Below, piece after piece: positions 36,063-45,300 of a stretch of 64,000 bases of DNA (position 1 is the stretch's first letter; the number at the start of each line of letters is the position of its first letter). The stretch lies in IMG/VR virus record IMGVR_UViG_3300030673_000007; one strand, given 5' to 3'. This DNA is from an uncultured virus (IMG/VR IMGVR_UViG_3300030673_000007). Taxonomy: Duplodnaviria > Heunggongvirae > Uroviricota > Caudoviricetes. The notes under the pieces were generated by a model, which was given only the letters and a program-made list of their open reading frames with translations, ran no database searches and was not told where the DNA came from. The position numbers and the translations under genes are program-made.

Positions 36063-36209
36063 AGAAATCCTCCATGGGGTGACCGATAAGTTGACCGCTT
36101 GTTTCTCGTAAAACGCCAAGTGACGGACTCCTTAATGGGAGCCCGTCACTCGCTAAGCGGTCAACTTAGGCAGGAGGTGAAGGGCGTGAACCCTCCAGCT
36201 GCAAGACGA

Positions 36210-36239
36210 AGTATATCCGACCATGAGGCGTAGTGGCAA
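36210..36239 (-). promoter_or_regulatory. Sigma-A-type promoter for the ECF-like sigma gene
   Basis: TTGCCA-N18-TATACT. Confidence 0.7.
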
Positions 36240-36288
36240 CGGGAGTGAAGCTGTGTCTGACCATAGCCCTGAGGGGTGACATATGCAA

Positions 36289-36531
36289 CTAACGTCTGCG
36301 ATCCGGGCGTGTCACAAGCAGCTCCTCCTGAAGCTCGGAAAGAGCTACCACATAACTCGGTTTGGTGCCAATGCGACACACCGTCTTCCAGCCACCCATT
36401 TTGCCCTCATTGGCCAAACGTGCACGTCGGTACGCGTGCTGTCGGGAGATGCCCAAGATCTCTGCGGCCTCGGTGAGGTTGACCCAGCCCTCCAGCTGGG
36501 GGAGGTTCCCCAGCTTCTCGTCCGTGCTCAT
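36289..36531 (-). CDS. HTH DNA-binding protein (excisionase/MerR-like)
   Basis: VNLTEAAEILGISRQHAYRR. Confidence 0.75.
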   Translation of the reverse strand: MSTDEKLGNLPQLEGWVNLTEAAEILGISRQHAYRRARLANEGKMGGWKTVCRIGTKPSYVVALSELQEELLVTRPDRRR

Positions 36532-37091
36532 GCCCGTGCCTCCATCGTTGCCTTCATGACCTTCTTGGTGATGCTCAGCCAGTTCGTGGCGTCATCATCG
36601 GTGTGGACCTTGCGGAGGAGAGCGAGGCATTGGGTGAGCTTGTGCGAGACCGCTTCATCGAACTGGCGTTCCTCCCAGTTCGGGACCATTCTGGCGCACG
36701 CAACCTTGAGGGCTTCGGCCAAGTCTGCCGTGTCGACCACTGGCTTCTCGGACATCAGCGCGTCCCACTGATCCTGATAGTTGGGTGCTACGTACCCAGT
36801 CTCCTCCAGCAGGGCCTCCGCTGCATCTTCCTCGGAGATGTCCCTACTGGTGGAGATGAGCTTGACCGGGTCGTAGTAGCCGCACCCAGCGAAGCAGAAG
36901 GCGCTGTTGGACTCGGCGTAGATCCGCATGGATTTCGACATTCCACCGTCCTGATGGAAGATCTCGCCGAAGGGGCAGTAGACCTTCATCGACGCGGCGG
37001 CGTAGTCGCTGACGTTCATCCCGATCATGTTGCAGGCCTTGGTGATCGAGACTCTCTCGTTGGCGATCCGGAGCAGCTCAGCTCTCTCCAC
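36528..37091 (-). CDS. Primase-type CHC2 zinc-finger protein without TOPRIM domain
   Basis: CPF...H.D....S......FCFAGCG. Confidence 0.75.
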   Translation of the reverse strand: MERAELLRIANERVSITKACNMIGMNVSDYAAASMKVYCPFGEIFHQDGGMSKSMRIYAESNSAFCFAGCGYYDPVKLISTSRDISEEDAAEALLEETGYVAPNYQDQWDALMSEKPVVDTADLAEALKVACARMVPNWEERQFDEAVSHKLTQCLALLRKVHTDDDATNWLSITKKVMKATMEARA

Positions 37092-37518
37092 GATGGTTCC
37101 TCAGCTTGAAGAACATCCCGAAGGTGTAGTGGGTGTTCTCAGCCTCGGTCTTCTTCACCTCGGGTCGGCGGACGAAGGTCCCGCCCCGGCGCAGTGACCA
37201 CCAGAAGTTGCCCTGCTCGATCACACCGGTCACCCGCAGGGCCCACAGCAGGAGCATCATCTTCGGCTGGGACATGGGGGTGTCGATGTAGAGGTGACCG
37301 TGCCCACCGTTGGTGCTCGGCACGTAGTGGTGGGGGAAGTCGAGGTCGATGATCGGCGCGTGCTGGCGGGTGCCCAGCAGGTAGGAGGAGACCAGCTCCC
37401 CCTCTGGGTGAGGCTGACGATCCGCGTCCATGTCGTAGCGGATCAGGGAGAGGATCATCGGCTCGTCGACCACGTTGAGCAGGTCCGCGTGCCAGTTGAC
37501 CCGCTCCACGTCAGTCAT
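37078..37518 (-). CDS. Protein with AEP/PrimPol-like DxD and HxH motifs
   Basis: HAPIIDLD...PSTNGGHGHLYID. Confidence 0.65.
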   Translation of the reverse strand: MTDVERVNWHADLLNVVDEPMILSLIRYDMDADRQPHPEGELVSSYLLGTRQHAPIIDLDFPHHYVPSTNGGHGHLYIDTPMSQPKMMLLLWALRVTGVIEQGNFWWSLRRGGTFVRRPEVKKTEAENTHYTFGMFFKLRNHRGES

Positions 37519-37639
37519 CCAGTAGTCCCATCTTCTTGGCCAGCCATGCGAGTGGGAGCACGATGAAGAGGTACACCATGCCGTAGAGAATCGAGAAGAT
37601 GGCCTCAAGGCCTCCCTCGCCGTCGTCGTAATCGCTCAT
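37511..37639 (-). CDS. 42-aa single-TM peptide, leaderless
   Basis: ATG follows CGTATCAAT; hydrophobic core; not in ORF track. Confidence 0.55.
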   Translation of the reverse strand: MSDYDDGEGGLEAIFSILYGMVYLFIVLPLAWLAKKMGLLDD

Positions 37640-37659
37640 ACCTATTGATACGCCTCAGC

Positions 37660-39141
37660 TCAGGCGCTCAGCAGGCTTTCCATGGTGCCGTTGGTGGAGT
37701 AGTCGAGACCACCCGTACCGAGGGCTCCCAGCATCCGCTTGCTGCGGAAGTGACAGGTGGCGTAGTCGACCTCGACGATCATGCCGTTGGCCGTCTCGCC
37801 GTCCCGGTTCTTCAGGATCTGGAAGGTGACGTCGGCGTGCCGGTCGGTGTTGTCGGTGGGGGCCAGCAGGCTGACGATCACGTCGGAGGAGTTCGTCGCC
37901 TCAGCCGTCTCGGAGAGCGCGGCGGACGTGTACTGCCCGAGGTTCTCTGCGGCCTCCCTGTGCTGTCTGGAGACCTGCCACGGGGACACGAAGGCCACTC
38001 CCCGCCCGTTGTCGAAGGCGACCGACAGGAGCTTGGCGTTCTTCAGCACCTCGGCGTACTCCTCCCGGGCCGTGGTGCGTCTGCGCTCGGCGATCAGCAG
38101 CGCGAGGTAGTCGGCGATGACCAGCTTGATGTTGAACTTCCGCTGGATCCGCAGCAGCCTCTGCTCGATGCTGGCGATGCCTGCCGCCCGAGGGACCTGC
38201 GCGATGTAGATCTTGCCGTAGGCGGGGTTCTTGGCGAGGTCGTCGATCACCCGGGGGAGGATGAGTTCCTGCTCATCCGTCAAGGTGCCTGCCTTCAGAT
38301 CCCGGGTGTTAAGGCCCTCGGGTGTCTCGAAGATCGGCAGCTTGGAGTGGCGGGCGATGATCTTGCGGCGGATCTGGGGACGCAGGGTCTCGGTGGTCAG
38401 GAAGACCACGTTCTGTCCCTGCTCCACGGCGGCGCTCCACGCGAGCTGGACGCACAGGGAGGACTTGCCGTCGCTGGAGTAGCCCGCGAGCAGCACCAGC
38501 TCTCCCGGCTGGAGCCCACCGATCTTGCGGTCCAGCTCGTCGATGCCGAACCGGATGCCGGAGGACACACCCTTGAGGCGCGCGTTCTTCCGCTCGGCGT
38601 AGTCGGCCTTCATCTCGGTGGCCTCGTCTGCGAGGTCCCCCTCCGGCGCGTCCTGCCGAACCAGCTCACGGTCGATTTCCTGAAACGATTCCAGCAGGCG
38701 AGCGCGGGCATCGTTGTGGCCCTGATAGGTCTGGTTGTCGATGGTCTTGCCTCGGCGCAGGATCTCCATGGCCTCAGTCAGGGCTTCGCCTGTGGTCTTG
38801 TCGGCAGCCAGCTCGCGCAGCTGCTGGAGGGACCACGCGAACTCAGAATCTTCTGTCGTGGTCTCCGACAGCATCTCGTAGGTCTCGGTGAACAGCTGAG
38901 CCTTGCCCGGCTCCATGCGGCCACGGAGGTTGTCGTCGAGGTACTTCAGCGGCATGACCGCGCCCCCGGTGTAGTCCGAGAAGCGCATGAGCATGGTGAA
39001 GAGGTCGGCGTGGACCTTCTCCGGGAAGTGGGCTGGCGTCAGGTGGGCGACAGCCTTCTCCAGCAGATCGCGCCTGCCCGCCAAGATGGCCGAGAGGACG
39101 ATCTGGGAGTGTTCAGAGGCTGATGCCAACGGACTCTCCAA
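37660..39141 (-). CDS. dnaB: DnaB-like replicative helicase
   Basis: LDRKIGGLQPGEL, AGYSSDGKS, FLTTE, IADYL, ILKNRDG. Confidence 0.9.
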   Translation of the reverse strand: MESPLASASEHSQIVLSAILAGRRDLLEKAVAHLTPAHFPEKVHADLFTMLMRFSDYTGGAVMPLKYLDDNLRGRMEPGKAQLFTETYEMLSETTTEDSEFAWSLQQLRELAADKTTGEALTEAMEILRRGKTIDNQTYQGHNDARARLLESFQEIDRELVRQDAPEGDLADEATEMKADYAERKNARLKGVSSGIRFGIDELDRKIGGLQPGELVLLAGYSSDGKSSLCVQLAWSAAVEQGQNVVFLTTETLRPQIRRKIIARHSKLPIFETPEGLNTRDLKAGTLTDEQELILPRVIDDLAKNPAYGKIYIAQVPRAAGIASIEQRLLRIQRKFNIKLVIADYLALLIAERRRTTAREEYAEVLKNAKLLSVAFDNGRGVAFVSPWQVSRQHREAAENLGQYTSAALSETAEATNSSDVIVSLLAPTDNTDRHADVTFQILKNRDGETANGMIVEVDYATCHFRSKRMLGALGTGGLDYSTNGTMESLLSA

Positions 39142-39364
39142 GCGTGAAGGCGCGCATGACGGTGTCGTTTGTGAAAACGAACGACAGCCCGGAGGCGAAG
39201 GAGATCTTGGTCGTGGTCACGTGCTTCTCGATCTCCTTGACCATGCCCATGTCCTGCACGATGTCCCCTGTGTCGAGGTCCCACGCGCGGGTCTGGACCC
39301 AGCGCCTGCCCGAGGTGTTGAGGCTGATGCTGGGACGGGAGAAGGGCTTGGGGATGTGAGCCAT
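39113..39364 (-). CDS. Hypothetical protein
   Basis: ORF in operon. Confidence 0.65.
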   Translation of the reverse strand: MAHIPKPFSRPSISLNTSGRRWVQTRAWDLDTGDIVQDMGMVKEIEKHVTTTKISFASGLSFVFTNDTVMRAFTLGESVGISL

Positions 39365-39365
39365 G

Positions 39366-39560
39366 TCAGTTCTCTTCAGGCTTGGGCCCGGTGAGGGCGG
39401 AGTAGTCGAGCAGGCACGCGCCGTACCCGAGGTCGAAGGCGTCGTCGGGAGTCATGCCGGTCAGCTGCTTCCGGTTCGGGTCCGCCTTCATGGCCGTCAG
39501 GTTGGCGTGCATCTGGATGACGGCATCGTCGGGGGACAGGTCGTACTGCGGATCGGTCAT
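39366..39560 (-). CDS. Hypothetical protein
   Basis: AAGGAG RBS. Confidence 0.65.
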   Translation of the reverse strand: MTDPQYDLSPDDAVIQMHANLTAMKADPNRKQLTGMTPDDAFDLGYGACLLDYSALTGPKPEEN

Positions 39561-39617
39561 GGGGCTCCTTCGGGCTTCACTTACTGGTACGCCTGAGGAG
39601 GTCCCAGACGCAGGTGA

Positions 39618-40364
39618 TCAGGAGCGCGCAGTCTGGACCATGGCGGCGTGGATCAGCAGGATCTGCTGCTGGTGGGTGACCTTGACGGTGGACACGCTGG
39701 AGCCCAGCTCGGCGGCGATCTGGGGGAAGCTCATGCCCATGTAGTACCGCAGGACGATGACCGACTTCTCGAACGACGGCATCCCCTCCATGACCTCGAC
39801 CATGGCCTCCTGAAGCATGTGGGCTGCGACTGATCCCTCGGTGCCTCCCTCAGCTGGGGGAGCCATGTTGCCCCGGTCGCTGTCGCCTGCCATGTCGTCC
39901 AGTGAGACCGGGGGGCACTCGACTGCGTGGGTGATCGCACGGACCCGGTTGACGTCGATCCCGAGGATCTCTGCGGTCTCCTCAGGGCTCCTGCCGGGGG
40001 CCAGCTCCTGCATGTCCTTGTAGATGGTGCGCTGCCTGCGGGGGACGTGGTCCAGCTGGCGCATCCAGTCCTGAATGGCTCCCCCGATGCGGCGCTTGGC
40101 GTACTGGCCGAACGTCAGTGCAACAGGGGGCAGCGCCACGTCCGGGTCGTTCTCCGGGACGATGTTGGGTTCGTACCTCTGGGCGGCGGTGATCAGCCCC
40201 TGATAGGCGATGGCCACGATCTCGTCGCGGTCCACTTCCGATGCGGCTCGTTTCCAGAAAGACATTGCAATGCTCTGGGCAAGGCCCACGTGGGTCCTGA
40301 CCAACTCGCTCTGGTAGTCGGAGAGGGGGACGGGGGTGGCGGCGGTCATTGTCACTGCTTTCAT
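39618..40364 (-). CDS. FliA/WhiG (sigma-28)-like sigma factor
   Basis: GLITAAQRYEP, FGQYAKRRIGGAIQDWMRQLDHVPR, SLD, EKSVIVLRYY..SFPQIAAELG. Confidence 0.9.
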   Translation of the reverse strand: MKAVTMTAATPVPLSDYQSELVRTHVGLAQSIAMSFWKRAASEVDRDEIVAIAYQGLITAAQRYEPNIVPENDPDVALPPVALTFGQYAKRRIGGAIQDWMRQLDHVPRRQRTIYKDMQELAPGRSPEETAEILGIDVNRVRAITHAVECPPVSLDDMAGDSDRGNMAPPAEGGTEGSVAAHMLQEAMVEVMEGMPSFEKSVIVLRYYMGMSFPQIAAELGSSVSTVKVTHQQQILLIHAAMVQTARS

Positions 40365-42112
40365 CCGGAAATGAGCTGTAGAAGGGCCAAGGGTGAGAGG
40401 GCAGTGAACAGCTGGGAATCCTCGTCCCAGATGTGCGCGGCCAGCGCTGCTTCACGCTCCAGCAGGGGGAGGTACTTCTCCTCCTGCGTATTGATGGTCA
40501 GGAGGTTGTGCACGTAGACGTGCTGGAAGGCCGAGCCGTCGCGGCGAATACGTCCGGCCAACTGCTCCATTCTCGCTGGGTTCAAGATCATGTCAATGTT
40601 GACGAGGTGCCGGGAGACCTGAAGGTTCAGGGACTGCTCGATGGCCTTGGTGCCGATCAGCACCTTGCACTTCGGGTCGGTCCAGAACCGCTCCTGTGAG
40701 GCTGCGCGCTTGACCTTGTCGTTCTCCTGCCCCCACACCGTGACGAAGCCCACACCCTCCTCCTTGAGCCGGATCTGGAGGGCCCTGACGGTGTTCTTCA
40801 GGTTGGCGAACACGACCACCTTCTCGCCGCGCTCGCTGAGCCCACCCTCGGTGAGCTGGTTGACCACCCAGTCGAGCTTGACGCTGGTCCCGGGGCCGTC
40901 CTCTTCCCCAAGCGCGGCGAGCCCTGCACAGATGGCCGCACCGTAGTGGATCTTGGCCAGCGCGTTGGGGCGCTTCACCTGCGTGCCCTCCTCGCGGATG
41001 ATCTTCAGCACGCCCTTGCGCAGCTCGGTGTACTTGGCCCGCTGCACGGGGTAGAGGTCGAGCATGACGTCGTTGGGGATGATCGTGGGCAGGTCGACGT
41101 CGTCGAGGTCGGCGGCGGTGCGGCGGAGCACGAGCGGGGCGATCCGGGCCTTGACCGTACCGAGGTCCCGGTAGCCGACCACGACCTCCTTGCGGATGTC
41201 CTTGCCTGACTTCCGGTCGTACTCGGTGATGGTGGCCTTGCGGACGTGGCGGTGGACGAAGGAGTCCATGCTGCCCAGCGCGAGGGTGCCCCCGATGCCG
41301 TCCAGCACCGCGTGCAGCTCGGGCAGGCGCTTCTGGAGGGGGGTGCCGGTCATGATGACGTAGCGGTCGGTGCCGGGACGCAGGCCCTCGACCCCCCGGG
41401 CACCCATCCGGTCCAGCACGTAGGAGGTCTCGGTGGTGGGGTTGCGGAGGGCGTCGATGTCGTCGGTGAGGAAGAGGGAGAGGTCGAAGTTCTCCAGCAG
41501 CTGGTAGTCGTTGCGCAGCATCTCAGGCCCGATCAGGAGGACCTGCCACGGCTGGAGGTAGAACTGGGTGCGCTGCTTGCGGGTGCCTTCGGAGACGAGG
41601 ATGTTCAGGCTGGGCATCATCCGGAGAAGCTCGGTGCGCCACTGGTGGAGGGCGGGGGACCGGGGCACGATGATGACTCGACCCTTGCCACCGTGGGCGC
41701 TGGATCTGTCACGGAAGAGGGACAGCTCCCCGGTCTCGATCAGCATGGCGATCAGCCCGCCAGCCTCGGTGGTCTTGCCCGATCCCATGGTGTCAGCCAG
41801 CAGGGCGTGTTTCTTGAAATAGAGCCACGCCACCCCGATGTGCTGGTGCCTGCGGAAGTGGATCCCACAGTCCCGGCAGCCGGGCTTGGGCCGGTCGTAG
41901 ACGGTGTGGGTCTTGACCTCACCGTCGGTGTCACGGATCTCCTCGACCCACCCGCGCGCATGGATGCGGCACAGGTCGTAGTTCCACACCTTCAGGGGCG
42001 GGAGCTTCCAGTTCACGGACTGGTGGATCCTCCACGCGAGCTGCTCACGGCGAGCTTCGGTGAAGTTCCGGACGTCAAAGTTGAGTGGCAAGGGATTATT
42101 CCTCCTGACCAC
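40361..42112 (-). CDS. SNF2-family helicase/ATPase
   Basis: LLADTMGSGKT, MTGTPLQ, EKVVVF, SLNLQ, NPARMEQLAGRIRR. Confidence 0.9.
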   Translation of the reverse strand: MVRRNNPLPLNFDVRNFTEARREQLAWRIHQSVNWKLPPLKVWNYDLCRIHARGWVEEIRDTDGEVKTHTVYDRPKPGCRDCGIHFRRHQHIGVAWLYFKKHALLADTMGSGKTTEAGGLIAMLIETGELSLFRDRSSAHGGKGRVIIVPRSPALHQWRTELLRMMPSLNILVSEGTRKQRTQFYLQPWQVLLIGPEMLRNDYQLLENFDLSLFLTDDIDALRNPTTETSYVLDRMGARGVEGLRPGTDRYVIMTGTPLQKRLPELHAVLDGIGGTLALGSMDSFVHRHVRKATITEYDRKSGKDIRKEVVVGYRDLGTVKARIAPLVLRRTAADLDDVDLPTIIPNDVMLDLYPVQRAKYTELRKGVLKIIREEGTQVKRPNALAKIHYGAAICAGLAALGEEDGPGTSVKLDWVVNQLTEGGLSERGEKVVVFANLKNTVRALQIRLKEEGVGFVTVWGQENDKVKRAASQERFWTDPKCKVLIGTKAIEQSLNLQVSRHLVNIDMILNPARMEQLAGRIRRDGSAFQHVYVHNLLTINTQEEKYLPLLEREAALAAHIWDEDSQLFTALSPLALLQLISG

Positions 42113-42334
42113 TTATACGCCGCTGAACTCCATGTCCTCAGAACGGGCGACAACTACTGCCTGCTGGCTCCCGACGGTGGCCATCTCAATGGCATACGAC
42201 GGGTCAGAGAGAAAAGCCGATACAGCAGCAGCCCACATGGGGCGGAGGCGTTCGAGCAAGGACTCTGGCACGGAGCAGATCGTATCAAGAAACCTACTAC
42301 CTAGTGTCGTAGGTCACGCCCGGCGTGTCGCAAC

Positions 42335-45300
42335 TCAGGTCACTCCGGCCACACGCCGGATGAACTCGTACGACGAGACTCCCTTGATCCCACTCCCCCA
42401 CGAGGAACAGTGCACCCCGACATGGGTGGGGGTGATCGCGCACGACACGGTGGTCCCGGGCACCCACGACACTCCATCAGGAGAGATGTCTGTCCGCCAC
42501 GTAGTACCCCCAAGGAAGACCAGCCGCTCGTACAGCGGACCATGGGGGTACCCAACCGTTGTGGACTGCGCCCCGGCTACCTGATAGTTCGTCATCACTC
42601 GGGTATCCACGCTGAGGGCCCCATTGTTGGTGAACGACAGCGTGATGAGCTGGGTTCCAGCCCCCGATGTGACTCCGTCGGCGAGGACGAGTCCCCCCAT
42701 GACGTAAGCGCCGTTAGAGCCGTTCAGGCTCAGGTGGGTCACGAACGCGTCTCCGGCGATCAGACTTCCCCCCACACCAGACAGGGGGCGCATCATGGCG
42801 TGCAGTTCGGAGGCTGCGTCCTCTCCGTTGTTGAACACAGACAGGACGTCAGCAGCCTCAGTCCAGACCGCTCGGGCGGTGCCTCCCGACTTGTCGACTC
42901 GCACCCACGCGGCGTCCAGTGAGGCGTTGTTGAACTCATCAAAGGACGTCCAGCCAACCGGGACGTTCCAGCGGCGGTCGCCGATTCCAGCGGCTGGGGC
43001 AACCACGGGGGTCTCGGGATTCGACCCGGACAGTTCGCCTGTCCAGACAGTGACGTTGCGGATCCATCCGGTCTCCGTCCGCGAGTAGAGACCGACCCGC
43101 CCCGTGTTGACTGCTCCGGCAGCCGTGATCGTGACCTGATAGACGTGGTCGACGTAGACGTCGAACAGAGTGGGGAGCACAACGGACTGGTAGACCGACA
43201 GGACGTAGTCGGTGTCCAGCGCGAGTGATGTCGCCATCGTGAACGTCGAGCCCCCGACCCCGTACCTGTCCCACCAGATCTTGGACACTGCGCCTGCCCG
43301 CTGGAGACCGATACCCAGCCCGCCAGCTGCCCACGCTCCGGAGGAGTAGAACCCGACGCCGAGCCCGGTCCCGTCGGCGGTGATCCGGACGGTGCACTGC
43401 ACCGCACGGGCCTTGACCCCCAGATCGGTGTTGAACTCCAGCCAGCTGTCCTGCAAGGTTGAGGTCTGGTTCACGCCATACGCACCACCGGAGGTCCACG
43501 TGCCTGAGCGCGATGTCCACCCGGTGAGGTCGGCCATCCCGGACGCGTCCAGCCTCTTCGTCCAGACAGCCTTCATCCCATCGCTGCTGCCTCCGCTGCC
43601 ACCTGAGGGGGTGACTGGCTCCCACTGGGTGCCGGTGTATCCCAGCACCTTTCCAGAAACAGCTCCAGCGGTGGCGACGTCGGTGAGGGAGTCAAGGGTG
43701 GATGCCCCACCACCTGTGGCGGTATCCCACTTCATCCCCGTAGCTGCGGTGGGGTCGGAGGTCAAGACCTTGCCCGCCGTAGCTGCCACAGGAAGCGTGG
43801 TGGCCCCCGGCATCGCTGCCGTGAAGACGATCTCCGGGATGGTCTGGTAGTTGTCGCCGTTGCTTGCACTGATGTAGATCCGGTAGTGGAGGTAGGCGGT
43901 CGTTGTGGTGACCGCGAAGGACTGGGTCTGTCCGATGAGCCACGTGATGCCGGTGTAGGTCGTCAGGTCCACCCACGTGGTGCCGTCGCTCGACCCCTGA
44001 ATCATGAAGTCTCGGGGGCTGCGGTTGGCCGAGAAGGTGTAGATGCGGATCGAGACGGACACCACCTTGGCGATGGCGGAGAACTGAGCGGCGATCCACT
44101 GGGGCATCGCGTTGGTGCTGTGCCAGTAGGTGGCCGAGTTGCCGTCGAAAGCGTTGCTGGCCTGATTGGCTGGGTTGGCGTCAATGACTGTGGCTGCCGT
44201 GACTCCCACGACGGTCGGTGTGTACTGCGTCCCTGTGGCACTAGCTGTGACGAGGTCGCCAATGGCGACGGGCTGAACCACCGTGGCCGGAGCACCGACA
44301 ACGGCCTTGCCGACGGAGACCCAGTCGGATGCGGTGCCCGGCATGACAGGGGACCCGTAGATCTTGAAGACTCCAGCGGAGCCGCCTGTGCGGGCTCCCG
44401 CAGCCGGTCGGAAGGTGGCTCCCATAGCGGCGTAGTTGCCGACCGTCCACGTCTTGATCAGGAGACCCGCTGAGGAGTAGAGGCTGATCGAAGTGGCGGC
44501 GTACCGGATCTCCCAGACGTCGTCGTTGGTGTCGGACGCCAGCGCCATGGTGTCAGCCAGAACGACCCCTGCGACGTAGCACTTCAGGAGGTTGTTGAAG
44601 ACGTCCCACACCACCCCGTAGAACGAGGGGAGGGCCTCCACGGTGGTCGCGACCGTGGCTGACTGGGTGGAGGAGACGATGCCGATGGCAAGGGCGTCCG
44701 CCACAGTAGTGGTGCTGCCTCGCCACTTCAGGGTCAGGGGGGTGGCGAATATGAAGGTCTCGTTGCTGATCACCGAGGCGACAGCACTGCCCGCGTTGTT
44801 GATCAGGGTGACCACATGGTTGGTGGTGTCCACCGATGCACAGTTGTTCCGAGTGAAGGCGGTGCCGTCGACCCCGGTGGTGGTGCTCGCCGAGCCGGAG
44901 TTCAACGGGTCGGTCATGTTCGAGGTGACACACAACCAGAGGATCCCGTTGCGGAGCATGATCTGGCCGGGCAGGTACGTCTTGCCGGGGGTGTAGCCGT
45001 TCTCGTAGAACACCCCTCCGGATGTCCACAGGGCGTCCCCGTCGGTGACCGAGTTCTTCCGGAGGGCGTCTCCGACAGCGCCGCCTATGGGGAGTGCGCC
45101 TCCGCCCCCTGTCTGGGAGACAGGTACCCACTTGGTGCCGTTGAAGCCAAGCACCTTTCCGGAAACAACTCCGGAAGTGTCGACGTCGGTGGTGAGGCCA
45201 GCGAGGGCGGTGGTGCCTCCACCTGTCGGGGTGGTGGGCACCCACTTGGTGCCGTTGTAGGCGAGCACCTTTCCGGAAACAGCTCCGGTGGTGTCCACAT

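Noticed and set aside
38330..38340. GAAGATCGGC inside dnaB as a late promoter
   Set aside because: Intragenic, explained by the codons for LPIF, and not positioned before a gene start.
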